NCBI GenBank assembly: GCA_963422365.1
Contig: OY729426.1
Coordinates: 320,001 to 384,000, forward strand
Length of the DNA: 64,000 nucleotides
Reading direction: 5' to 3'
Origin: Nitrospirales bacterium
Lineage (GTDB): Bacteria > Nitrospirota > Nitrospiria > Nitrospirales > UBA8639
The first letter of the stretch is position 1, and each line of letters begins with the position of its first letter. The notes under the pieces are model-generated. The model was given only the letters and a program-made list of their open reading frames with translations, had not been told where the DNA came from and did not search any database. Shown in pieces: positions 1-12,596 of the stretch. A program made the translations under genes and the position numbers.

Positions 1-24
1 GGGGCGGACAAGCTCCCAAGCGCG

Positions 25-630
25 ATGAGCATATGGGAACGCTGCATCCACGAGGGCGCCCCGGACCAGCTGGTGCAACTGGCGGTTCTGCACGCCGAGT
101 TCGAGGCCCTGCACCCGTTCCTGGACGGCAACGGTCGCCTGGTACGCATGTTCGTGTCCTTGTTCCTGTGGCAAACCGGCCTCATCCGGGCGCCGGTATT
201 CTATATCAGCGCCTGGTTCGAGGCGCGGCGCGACGCCTATTATGACCGCTTGCTCGCCGTCTCCCGTGACGATGACTGGACCGGCTGGTGCCGCTTTTTC
301 CTCGAAGCGGTGCAGTCCCAGGCGAAGGACAATCTGACCAAGGCGCAGGGCATTATCAACCTGTACAACCGCATGAAAGGCGACGTGCCCAATCTGACCC
401 ATTCCCTGTACGCCATTCGCGCTCTGGACTGGATATTCGAACGCCCCATCTTCAGGAGCGCCGATTTCGTGGATGCCGAGGGCATCTCGCAGGCTACGGC
501 GCGGCGGATTCTGAAAATCCTGCGTGAGAGCGGCATACTCAGGGTCGTTGTCGAAGGACAGGGACGCCGGGCCGCGGTACTGGTTTTCCCCGAACTATTG
601 AACATCGTGGATGGAGAAAACGCATTTTGA
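25..630 (+). CDS. Fic family protein (C-terminal part; true start probably upstream of the window)
   Basis: Fic motif HPFLDGNGRLVR, followed by a C-terminal wHTH-like tail. Confidence 0.85.
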   Translation: MSIWERCIHEGAPDQLVQLAVLHAEFEALHPFLDGNGRLVRMFVSLFLWQTGLIRAPVFYISAWFEARRDAYYDRLLAVSRDDDWTGWCRFFLEAVQSQAKDNLTKAQGIINLYNRMKGDVPNLTHSLYAIRALDWIFERPIFRSADFVDAEGISQATARRILKILRESGILRVVVEGQGRRAAVLVFPELLNIVDGENAF

Positions 631-788
631 TGCTCACTTGTGAGACATAACCGGGTTTGTGAATCGGTTTATGAGAAAAAACGACACACAACCCGTCTTG
701 TCGCTCATTCATGAGCAGCAACACAGCGTCATCGGGGATCGACAGGAACGAGGAATAACAATCGACACGGACATGATCGAGGCGTCGA

Positions 789-3161
789 ATGATGACTGAC
801 CGGCTGCATCTTGAGCCGAGGCACCGCCACGTGCTGGAAGCGCTGTTGCTGGAGCACCTGCCCGGCGTTGATGCCTGGGCCTATGGCAGCCGCGTCAATG
901 GCCGAAGCCACGACGGCAGCGACCTCGACCTGGTATTACGCAGCCCCGGTCTCGTCAAAATTGACCCCTCGCAACTCGCCGAATTCAACGAAGCCGTACA
1001 GGAGTCCACCGTCCCCTTTCTCGTAGAAGCGCGGGATTGGGCGCGGCTGCCGGAGAGCTTTCAGCGTGAGATCGAGCGGAAGCATGTGGTGTTGGTGGGG
1101 AAGGATCAAGGTGCGGCAGACGACTGGCAATCGATGCCACTTGGCGACTGTATTACGATAAACGCTTCCACCTATGCGCCGAACGAAGCTTGGCCTTTCA
1201 TCAACTATCTTGACACCGGCAACATCACGCAGAATCGGATAGACGAAATTCAGTGTCTGCTTCCCGGACAGGACAAGATACCCAGCCGCGCGCGTCGGAA
1301 AGTGCAGCCGGGTGACATCGTATACTCGACGGTTCGCCCAAATCAGAAGCATTTCGGCCTGTTGAAGAATGTCCCGGAGAATTTTCTGGCTTCAACAGGT
1401 TTTACCGTCATCAGAGGAAAGAACGGCTTAGCAGACACGGATTTCGTCTACTGGTTTTTGGCGCAAGACCATGTTGTCAATCGTCTGCATACCATTGCCG
1501 AGCACAGCACGTCGGCATATCCGTCAATTAGACCGGCAGACATCGAACAATTAAGTGTAGATTTACCACCCCTCCCTGAGCAACGCGCCATCGCCCACAT
1601 CCTCGGTACGCTGGACGACAAGATCGAGCTGAACCGCCGCATGAACGAGACGCTGGAGGCGATGGCCCGCGCCCTGTTCAAGTCCTGGTTCGTCGATTTC
1701 GACCCCGTCCGCGCCAAAGCCGCCCTGCGCCGACACCGGGAGACGGCTCACGCGAACCCCCTCCCCTTGAGGGAGGGGGCAGGGGGAGGGGAGGCCCCCG
1801 CCCCGTCAACCGGCCGCTCCATGCGCGAGGGAGTCCCCCCACCCCAGCCCTCCCCCTCAAGGGGGGAGGGAGAGGAGGCGGACCAAGCCCTCCGATGGGA
1901 GGCTATCCGGCGCAGCTACAGCCCTCGGACCATCAAGCACGCCAAAATCCTCCGCCAGAACCAGACCGACGCAGAAGGGCTGCTGTGGCACTACCTCCGC
2001 AACAAGCAATTAGGCGGCCACAAGTTCCGCCGCCAGCAGCCCATCGGCCCCTACATCGCCGATTTCGCGTGCCTGTCCGAAAAGCTGCTGATCGAACTCG
2101 ATGGCAGCCAACACGCGGAACGGAAGACACACGACGAAGAACGGGATGCCTTTCTGCGTCAGGCCGGCTACCGAATCCTCCGCTTCTGGAACAATGAAGT
2201 GTTCGAGAACTGCTTCGGGGTGTTGGAGAGTATTTATGCCGCCCTGCATCCCCACCCGTCCTTCGCGGCGGAACCACAGCCACCACGATTCCCTCCCTTT
2301 GAGGAGCAGCTACCCCCGCAATCCTCTCCCTTTGAAGGGGAGCCGCCGCCACGATTCCCTCCCCCTTTGAGGGGGAGGGTCAGGGTGGGGGGAGACCCCT
2401 CCCCGAAAGACTCACGTCTTTCGACCCTCCCTCAAGGGGAGAGTGATTGGACCATCGAACGCGCCTGCGCCTATCTCGACAGGATGGACCCGGAGATTGC
2501 GGCCCTGTTCCCGGACCGCTTCGTCGATTCGGAATTGGGCGAGATACCGGAGGGGTGGGAGGTGAAAACGCTGCCTGAACTGATCGAGGTTAATCCGAAT
2601 AGATCTTTAACAAAAGGCAAGCTCGCTCCGTATCTCGACATGGCAAACATGCCAACCCAAGGCCATGTACCTGAAACGGTGACTGATCGACCCTTCGGAT
2701 CCGGTATGCGGTTCGCCAACGGAGATACGCTTATTGCCCGTATCACGCCATGTCTGGAAAACGGCAAGACTGCCTATGTTGATTTTTTGCACGATGGACA
2801 GATTGGGTGGGGATCAACCGAGTATATCGTCATGAAGCCAATACATCCACTCCCGAGCGAATTCGCCTACCTCCTGGCACGGAGTGCCAGATTCCGAGAA
2901 TTCGCCATCCAGAACATGAGCGGGACTAGCGGGCGTCAGCGCGTGCCAGCCACGGCTCTGGCAGGATTCTCAACGCCTTCGCCATCTCCGCGGGTCGGCA
3001 TTGAATTTGGGCGTTCTGTCCGGTCGCTGCTTGGACGAGCTAGATATGCGGGCGATGAATCCCGTACCCTCGCTGTCCTACGCGACACGCTGCTGCCGAA
3101 ATTCATCTCCGGCGAACTGCGGGTGGAGGATGTTGAAAAGTTCATCGGGAGGGCTGTGTGA
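789..3161 (+). CDS. hsdS: Type I R-M specificity subunit HsdS with an N-terminal minimal nucleotidyltransferase domain and an internal DUF559 endonuclease insertion
   Basis: N-terminal GS-x10-DxD ([16 protein letters not shown]); HsdS conserved segments [58 protein letters not shown] and [16 protein letters not shown]; internal [14 protein letters not shown]...IELDGSQH...GYRILRFWN. Confidence 0.9.
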   Translation: MMTDRLHLEPRHRHVLEALLLEHLPGVDAWAYGSRVNGRSHDGSDLDLVLRSPGLVKIDPSQLAEFNEAVQESTVPFLVEARDWARLPESFQREIERKHVVLVGKDQGAADDWQSMPLGDCITINASTYAPNEAWPFINYLDTGNITQNRIDEIQCLLPGQDKIPSRARRKVQPGDIVYSTVRPNQKHFGLLKNVPENFLASTGFTVIRGKNGLADTDFVYWFLAQDHVVNRLHTIAEHSTSAYPSIRPADIEQLSVDLPPLPEQRAIAHILGTLDDKIELNRRMNETLEAMARALFKSWFVDFDPVRAKAALRRHRETAHANPLPLREGAGGGEAPAPSTGRSMREGVPPPQPSPSRGEGEEADQALRWEAIRRSYSPRTIKHAKILRQNQTDAEGLLWHYLRNKQLGGHKFRRQQPIGPYIADFACLSEKLLIELDGSQHAERKTHDEERDAFLRQAGYRILRFWNNEVFENCFGVLESIYAALHPHPSFAAEPQPPRFPPFEEQLPPQSSPFEGEPPPRFPPPLRGRVRVGGDPSPKDSRLSTLPQGESDWTIERACAYLDRMDPEIAALFPDRFVDSELGEIPEGWEVKTLPELIEVNPNRSLTKGKLAPYLDMANMPTQGHVPETVTDRPFGSGMRFANGDTLIARITPCLENGKTAYVDFLHDGQIGWGSTEYIVMKPIHPLPSEFAYLLARSARFREFAIQNMSGTSGRQRVPATALAGFSTPSPSPRVGIEFGRSVRSLLGRARYAGDESRTLAVLRDTLLPKFISGELRVEDVEKFIGRAV
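1757..2445 (+). mobile_element. Putative in-frame inserted element: DUF559 (Vsr-like) endonuclease domain flanked by palindromic repeat doublets
   Basis: Hairpins CCCCCTCCC-CTTGA-GGGAGGGGG (1757-1779), CCCTCCCCC-TCAAG-GGGGGAGGG (1848-1870), CCCTCCCCC-TTTGA-GGGGGAGGG (2357-2379) and a degenerate copy at 2425-2445 bracket the DUF559 coding segment. Confidence 0.65.
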
Positions 3162-5470
3162 ATCGTATTACTCGTATATCGCATCTACGCGGTTGCGGCG
3201 TCTTCCGGAATTTCAAGTGGCCGTCAGAACTGCCGGAATTCGGACGTTACAACCTGATCTACGGCTGGAATGGGACTGGCAAGACCACACTGAGCCGATT
3301 GCTTCGCGACCTTGAACTCAGGCGGTCGCCGACAATGGGAGATGCCGTGCTGCGAGATGCCGTGCTGCGTATTGACGGCAGTGATGTCAAAGGCGAGGGC
3401 TTCCCAGAATCGAACCTTCAGGTGCGCGTCTTCAACTCGGATTTCATCAACGAGAATGTGTTTCCTGTGGGCGGCGGCATGCCGCCCATCCTCGTGCTGG
3501 GCGCGGAGAATGTTGAGAAACAGAAGGAAGTTGAACGCCTGAAGAAGAAAAACGCGAAGGCCCAATCGAATCTGGAATCCGCACGCTCTGCGGAACAGGC
3601 GGACCTTGGAAATTTGGATCAGTTCTGTATCGACCGTGCGAAGGTTATTAAAGACACGCTCCGGTCAAGCGGCCCAAACTCGTACAATAACTACGACAAG
3701 ACCAATTTTCGGAATGATGCAGAGAAGATGATCAGTGCCGGTGACAGCGCTACTCACCGCCTGACCGACGCGGAACGCGAGGGGCTACTCGCCCAGCACA
3801 AGGCGACGCCGAAGCCGAAAGTGGCAGAGATCGCCTATGTCCTGCCGGACTTCATCGCGATCACGGACGGCCTTTCGAAACTGCTGAAGGCGACGGTTGT
3901 ATCGGCGGCGATCGAAGCCTTGACAGGTAACCCCAAGCTCGCTGACTGGACCCGACAAGGTCTGGCATTGCACCAGAGTCAAAATGCCGAACGATGCCTG
4001 TTCTGCGAACAACCGTTGCTGGAGGACCGCTTGGCTGCCCTGGAGGCACATTTCAGCGCCCAATATGAGCAGTTCATTCAGCGCCTGGACAAGGAGATCA
4101 ACGAGCTAAAGGCCGCGTCTAAGGCTGCGAAAGAACTACAGTTGCCGAACAAGGCAGAGCTTTACGACGACCTCGGTCCGAAATTTCAGTCTGAGGAGGA
4201 CGGGCTGATGGCAGCGCTGGAGTCGACGCGGGGCTTTCTTGACGCCGCAGTGCAAGCGTTGGAGGACAAGAAGAGTCGGGTTTTCGAGCACGTCAAGCTG
4301 GGACTTGAAGTGCCGCTTGTGGACGCGGGCGCGGTCGAGAAGCTGAACGCGGTGATTCGAAAGCACAATCAGGTGTGCGATGACTTCGAGACTCGGGTCG
4401 AAAAGGCTCAGAGGCTGCTGGCCGCCGATACGGTCGCAGCAGATTTGGAAGAGTTCATGCGCCGCGGGGATGCCGCAGACGGTGCGACGGCCGATGTGCA
4501 AACGAAGACGCAAGAGGTACAACGCTTGAATGATGAAATCGACAGATTGGAACGGGAAATCGTTGAGTATCGCCAGCCTGCCGAGGAACTGAACAAGGAT
4601 CTCCACAAGTATCTCGGCCATGACGAGCTATACCTGGAAATCAAGGAGACCGGCTACGCAATCACACGTGGCGGTGAGCAAGCACGGTCTTTGAGTGAGG
4701 GCGAAACCAAGGCGATCGCCCTTTTGTACTTCCTGAAGTCGCTGAAAGACACGAGATTTACGCTTGCCGATGGCGTCGTCGTGCTTGACGACCCAGTGTC
4801 GAGTCTCGATGCGAACGCCTTGTTCCTCGCCTTCGGCTTTATTCGGCAACGCACGGAGAACGCGGGTCAACTGTTCGTCTTGACTCACAATTTTTCCTTC
4901 TTCCGACAGATCCGCAATTGGTTTCACCATTTGAAGGGACAGCGAAGGAACGATATAAACCAACGGCCTGCTCGATTCTTCATGCTCGACTCTACTCTGG
5001 ACGAGAACACACGGAGCAGCGCTATTCGACATCTCGATCCTCTGCTTGAGCAGTACGATTCGGAGTACCAATACCTATTCGCTCGCGTCCATCGGGCGTC
5101 CACCGAATTGCCTTCGCAGGGTCTCGAGCAGAACTATGTCCTCCCGAATATGGCCAGACGCATGTTGGAAGCCTTTCTCGCGTTCCGTCAGCCGCAGGTC
5201 TCAGGGGAGCTGTGGAAGAAACTAAAAACGGTTCCGTTCGACGAGGTAAAGAAGATCCGAATTCTCCGGTTCCTGCACACACACTCGCACAGCATTGCAG
5301 TCGGAGAACCGGAGCATGACCTGACAGCGCTCGCCGAGGGTCCGGCTGTTCTCAAAGACCTGTTGGAGATGATCGAGTCGCTGGACGAAAAGCACTTCTC
5401 GGCAATGGTGCAACTTGTAGCCCCGACGGCAGATACCGATGAGGCGGAAGACGGGGCTGTAACGGCATGA
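3158..5470 (+). CDS. RloC-like AAA_13/SMC-type ATPase with zinc hook and C-terminal HEPN-like motif (putative anticodon nuclease)
   Basis: Walker A GWNGTGKT, coiled coil with CLFC hook, signature LSEGE, Walker [13 protein letters not shown]-loop LTHN, C-terminal RFLHTHSH; lies between hsdS and hsdR. Confidence 0.8.
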   Translation: MNRITRISHLRGCGVFRNFKWPSELPEFGRYNLIYGWNGTGKTTLSRLLRDLELRRSPTMGDAVLRDAVLRIDGSDVKGEGFPESNLQVRVFNSDFINENVFPVGGGMPPILVLGAENVEKQKEVERLKKKNAKAQSNLESARSAEQADLGNLDQFCIDRAKVIKDTLRSSGPNSYNNYDKTNFRNDAEKMISAGDSATHRLTDAEREGLLAQHKATPKPKVAEIAYVLPDFIAITDGLSKLLKATVVSAAIEALTGNPKLADWTRQGLALHQSQNAERCLFCEQPLLEDRLAALEAHFSAQYEQFIQRLDKEINELKAASKAAKELQLPNKAELYDDLGPKFQSEEDGLMAALESTRGFLDAAVQALEDKKSRVFEHVKLGLEVPLVDAGAVEKLNAVIRKHNQVCDDFETRVEKAQRLLAADTVAADLEEFMRRGDAADGATADVQTKTQEVQRLNDEIDRLEREIVEYRQPAEELNKDLHKYLGHDELYLEIKETGYAITRGGEQARSLSEGETKAIALLYFLKSLKDTRFTLADGVVVLDDPVSSLDANALFLAFGFIRQRTENAGQLFVLTHNFSFFRQIRNWFHHLKGQRRNDINQRPARFFMLDSTLDENTRSSAIRHLDPLLEQYDSEYQYLFARVHRASTELPSQGLEQNYVLPNMARRMLEAFLAFRQPQVSGELWKKLKTVPFDEVKKIRILRFLHTHSHSIAVGEPEHDLTALAEGPAVLKDLLEMIESLDEKHFSAMVQLVAPTADTDEAEDGAVTA

Positions 5471-5518
5471 AATCCGCATTGACCAGGCTAAGAAGATAGT
5501 GGAGGTTGTGATATAACC

Positions 5519-6670
5519 ATGCCGCGTGTCTTCATCAAGCCCGAACTGCTCCGCTGGGCGCGGGAGCGGGCCGGTATGACGCTGGATGATCTCGCGAATA
5601 GATTTGCCAAGCTCCCGGAATGGGAGAGCGGTGAGACTCAGCCCACCCTGAAACAGTTGGAAGCATTTGCCCGCGTCGTCCATGTACCGTTCGGCTACCT
5701 GTTTCTCGCCGAGCCTCCGCAGGAATCGGCGCCCATTCCAGACTTCCGCACCCTCGCTGGGCAGGCCGTGACACGCCCGAGCCCCGATCTTCTGGACATG
5801 ATCTACGCCTGTCAGGAACGGCAAGCTTGGTATCGCGACTTCGCCCGGTCCACGTGGCAACCCGAGCTCGGTTTCGTCGGCAGCGCCACGATGGAGACTG
5901 AGCCGGAGACAGCAGCGGCCCGCATCAGCGAAACACTGGACTTCGCCTCGACGGCCCGACGGCAATGCCCGACCTGGAGCGATGCCTTGCGGCTGTTCAT
6001 CCGCAAGGCTGAAGATGTCGGCGTGCTGGTCATGGTCAGTGGCGTTGTGGGGAGCAACAACCATCGTCCTCTCGATCCAGGCGAGTTTCGCGGCTTTGCG
6101 TTGTCCGACCCGCTGGCGCCGTTGGTCTTCGTCAATGGCGCGGATACAAAGGCGGCGCAGATGTTTACCCTTGCCCACGAGCTTGCACATCTGTGGCTGG
6201 GTGCGTCGGCTCTATCGAACAGCGAGGCGCTACTGAGGCCGGGGTTCAGTCGGGAGGAGGTCTGGTGCAATGCGGTGGCGGCGGAGTTGCTGCTCCCGCT
6301 CGTCGACCTCAGGCCCGAATTGCGTGACGACGAGGACCTCCCCGAAGCGCTGTCCCGGTTGGCCCAGTCCTTCAAGGTCAGCACCCTGGTGATCCTGCGG
6401 CGTCTGCTCGATGCCGGCCGGCTCGACCGCAGGCTTTTCGATATCGCCTGGGAGCAGGAAATCGCGCGTTTCCGCAAGCCCACGCAACCCGGCGGAGGCG
6501 GCGATTTCTACCGCACCACCTTGGCCCGCGTGAGCCATCGATTCGCCCGTGCGGTCGTGGGCAGCGCAAAGGAAGGACACACCCTCTATCGGGACGCCTT
6601 CCGGATGCTTGGCGTATCGAAGACCGAGACGCTCAACAGGCTCGGTCGCGAGGCCGGACCGATGGCATGA
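5519..6670 (+). CDS. XRE-HTH + ImmA/IrrE family metallo-endopeptidase
   Basis: N-terminal HTH (LLRWARERAGMTLDDLA...WESGETQPT) and HExxH motif FTLAHELAH. Confidence 0.85.
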   Translation: MPRVFIKPELLRWARERAGMTLDDLANRFAKLPEWESGETQPTLKQLEAFARVVHVPFGYLFLAEPPQESAPIPDFRTLAGQAVTRPSPDLLDMIYACQERQAWYRDFARSTWQPELGFVGSATMETEPETAAARISETLDFASTARRQCPTWSDALRLFIRKAEDVGVLVMVSGVVGSNNHRPLDPGEFRGFALSDPLAPLVFVNGADTKAAQMFTLAHELAHLWLGASALSNSEALLRPGFSREEVWCNAVAAELLLPLVDLRPELRDDEDLPEALSRLAQSFKVSTLVILRRLLDAGRLDRRLFDIAWEQEIARFRKPTQPGGGGDFYRTTLARVSHRFARAVVGSAKEGHTLYRDAFRMLGVSKTETLNRLGREAGPMA

Positions 6671-7173
6671 CCTCATATCTCCTGGACACCAACGTTTTCA
6701 TCCAGGCCAAGAACCTGCACTACGGGTTCGATATTTGTCCCGGATTTTGGGACTGGCTGGTGGAACGGAATCTGGCAGGGCTGGTGGCGAGCATCGAGAA
6801 GGTCGCCGACGAACTGCGCACCGGCGACGACGATCTGATGGCTTGGTCCAGAGGGCGAGGAGATGGTTTCTTTCTGAAGCCCGACGATGCCGTTGCGGAA
6901 GCGCTCGGGATCGTAAGCGGCTGGGCCAACGGCGCCGGCTATGAACCCGGCGCAATCTCAACCTTTCTGCAGATGGCCGACTACTGGCTTGTCGCTCATG
7001 CACTGGCCCATGACTGCATCGTCGTTACGCACGAAGTTCCCGCAGATACCATCCGCAAAATCAAGATTCCGAACGCCTGCATCGGCCTCGACCTGCGCTG
7101 CATGAATCCCTACACGATGCTACGGCAGGAGCGCGCGAGGTTCGTTTTGGAGAAAACCGGAGCGACCACTTGA
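6667..7173 (+). CDS. DUF4411 family PIN-like protein
   Basis: YLLDTNVFI, ADYWLVAHA, VVTHE, KIPNAC motifs; ATGA overlap with the upstream peptidase gene. Confidence 0.8.
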   Translation: MTSYLLDTNVFIQAKNLHYGFDICPGFWDWLVERNLAGLVASIEKVADELRTGDDDLMAWSRGRGDGFFLKPDDAVAEALGIVSGWANGAGYEPGAISTFLQMADYWLVAHALAHDCIVVTHEVPADTIRKIKIPNACIGLDLRCMNPYTMLRQERARFVLEKTGATT

Positions 7174-7288
7174 TGCAGAACTTCACCGAGAACGAGGTTG
7201 AAGCCGCCGCCGCCACTGGCTGCTCGTGGATGACGTGACGGTGGACCGGAATATGTGTTTCGCTCCGAAACCCTATTGGATTTGACCT

Positions 7289-8383
7289 ATGCCCCAGCTA
7301 GAACGCCTTACCGTCCGCGGTTTCAAGTCCATCCGCGCGCTCGAAGATTTCGAGTTGCGGCCATTGAATGTGCTGCTCGGGGCCAACGGGGCCGGCAAGA
7401 GCAACTTCATCAATCTGTTCCGCATGCTGGCCGAGTTGAGCGAACAGCGCCTGCAACGATTCGTCGCCGAACAGGACGGCCCGGACGCGCTGCTGTTCGG
7501 CGGACGCAGGCAAACGGCCAGTCTGGATGCGGAATTCGTCTTCGGGAGAAACGGCTACGGCTTCTCGCTCGTACCGGCAGGCGACAGCCTGATTTTCGAT
7601 CGGGAGGAGACGATTTTTTTCGGTGATGTATGTCCACAGGTAGAACACGCGCTGGGGAGGGGCCATCGGGAAGCATTTCTGCCGGAAATGGTCGACGACG
7701 ACACCTTCGCCCCGTATGTCCTGCCTGCCATTCAAGGCTGGCGTCTCTACCACTTTCACGACACCAGCGCAACGGCGCCCGCGCGACAAGCATCGGCGGT
7801 GCGGGACAATCGTCGCTTGAAACCGGACGCAGGCAATCTGGCGCCGTTCCTGCGTTGCCTTCGGGAACGGCATGAGGCGGAATTCCAACGTATTGTCCGT
7901 ACGGTACGCATGGTGGCACCTTTCTTCGGAGACTTTTTCTACCGCAAGGAACCGGGGGAGCGCATCGAACTCGAGTGGTCGGAAGCGAACGACCCGGATA
8001 CCGTACGCGGCCCGCGCCAGCTCTCCGACGGCACCCTGCGCTTCATCTGCCTGACGACGCTGCTTCTGCAACCGGCCCGTCTACAACCGACTACCATCCT
8101 CATCGACGAACCCGAGATCGGGCTGCATCCTTACGCGCTGGCTGTGCTCGGCGCCCTGCTGCGGCAAGCCAGCGAAACAAAGCAGCTCATCGTCGCCACG
8201 CAATCGGTTGAACTGGTCCATGAGTTGGCACCGGAGGATGTGGTGGTGGTCGATCGCGAAAACGGCACGTCCGTGTTCGAACGGCTGGATTCGGAACGCT
8301 TGGGCGAATGGCTGAAGGACTACGCGCTGGGCGATCTGTGGAAGATGAATATCCTCGGCGGGAGGCCAAGGCGCGATGGTTGA
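7289..8383 (+). CDS. AAA_21/ABC-type ATPase
   Basis: GANGAGKS, LSDGTLR, ILIDEPEIGLHP, VATQS. Confidence 0.85.
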   Translation: MPQLERLTVRGFKSIRALEDFELRPLNVLLGANGAGKSNFINLFRMLAELSEQRLQRFVAEQDGPDALLFGGRRQTASLDAEFVFGRNGYGFSLVPAGDSLIFDREETIFFGDVCPQVEHALGRGHREAFLPEMVDDDTFAPYVLPAIQGWRLYHFHDTSATAPARQASAVRDNRRLKPDAGNLAPFLRCLRERHEAEFQRIVRTVRMVAPFFGDFFYRKEPGERIELEWSEANDPDTVRGPRQLSDGTLRFICLTTLLLQPARLQPTTILIDEPEIGLHPYALAVLGALLRQASETKQLIVATQSVELVHELAPEDVVVVDRENGTSVFERLDSERLGEWLKDYALGDLWKMNILGGRPRRDG

Positions 8384-9065
8384 GGTAATCGTCGTCTGCG
8401 AAGGCCGGACCGAGGAGACCTTTGTGCGTGAGGTGCTAGGCGCAGAGCTTGCGCACCGGAGTGTATTTCTCCAGCCGCGATTGATGACGACCTCCCCGGG
8501 GCATCGCGGCGGTGCGCTCAACCGCGACAGGGTCGTGCGCTATCTGTGTACTACGTTGCGAGAACGCCGGGATGTCTATGTCACCACGCTGTTCGATCTG
8601 TACGGCTTGCCTGGCGGTTTTCCTGGACAAGGCAGCTCCGACGGAAAGGCCGACCCCATCGAACGCGCGGTATCCATCGAGCAGGACTTGCATGAAATCG
8701 TGGTGCGGAGCGCCGAATGCCGACCGGACCGATTTTTACCCCACGTTCAACCCCACGAGTTCGAATCCCTTCTTTTTTCCGACGTCGCACAATTCGCGGA
8801 AGTAGAACCGGACTGGCAGCCCTTCTTGGGCGTATTGCGGAATATCCAACAAACGGTCCCAAGCCCGGAACACATCAACGACGGTCAGGATACGCACCCT
8901 TCGGCTCGCTTAAGGCAAGTTTTGGGCGCTTCATACCAAAAAGTATTGCACGGTGCCGCCGTATCGGCCCAAATCGGCCTCGAACGCATTCGCAACGAGT
9001 GCCGTCATTTCGGGGAATGGCTGGCCCGGTTGGAAGAACTTCCTCCGCTGCGTGAGGACAACTAG
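8376..9065 (+). CDS. DUF4276 family protein (TOPRIM-like partner of the ATPase)
   Basis: [47 protein letters not shown]; overlaps the ATPase stop. Confidence 0.8.
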   Translation: MVEVIVVCEGRTEETFVREVLGAELAHRSVFLQPRLMTTSPGHRGGALNRDRVVRYLCTTLRERRDVYVTTLFDLYGLPGGFPGQGSSDGKADPIERAVSIEQDLHEIVVRSAECRPDRFLPHVQPHEFESLLFSDVAQFAEVEPDWQPFLGVLRNIQQTVPSPEHINDGQDTHPSARLRQVLGASYQKVLHGAAVSAQIGLERIRNECRHFGEWLARLEELPPLREDN

Positions 9066-9069
9066 CGCC

Positions 9070-12300
<3,231 letters not shown>

Positions 12301-12351
12301 GTTGCGTGTGAAAGTTATTGTAGCTCAGGACAGGGGGGAAGAAATTTTCTG

Positions 12352-12567
12352 CTATGACGTGTCCTGATATTCTTCGTGCCAAGCCATCTGAATGGCTTCG
12401 AGTTGGTTTTCGTTGGAACTCTTGGGATCATCCGTGAATTCAGGCCAGGCCACAATCCACGCATGCAGATCGGTAAAGCGAACCATCAGCGGATCAAGGT
12501 CCGGATGTTCTTCATGGAGTCGAATCGCTATGTCTTCGGCCATATCCCACGTTAACTCTTGAGACAT
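12352..12567 (-). CDS. iscX: Fe-S assembly protein IscX
   Basis: 71 aa, LTWDMAEDIAIRLHEEHPDLDPLMVRFTDLH...LEAIQMAW; last gene of the isc operon. Confidence 0.9.
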   Translation of the reverse strand: MSQELTWDMAEDIAIRLHEEHPDLDPLMVRFTDLHAWIVAWPEFTDDPKSSNENQLEAIQMAWHEEYQDTS

Positions 12568-12596
12568 GTGGTTCTCCTTGTCGCTGCGTCGCACAT

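Noticed and set aside
1757..2445. Intein in HsdS
   Set aside because: There is no Cys/Ser block A and no His-Asn-(Cys/Ser/Thr) end, and the nuclease is DUF559, not LAGLIDADG.
8953..9069. N-terminal extension of HsdR in the ORF track
   Set aside because: It overlaps DUF4276; the HsdR-like sequence begins at ATG 9070.
12320..12330. tRNA-like GTAGCTCAG at the R-M island edge
   Set aside because: No cloverleaf or T arm follows.
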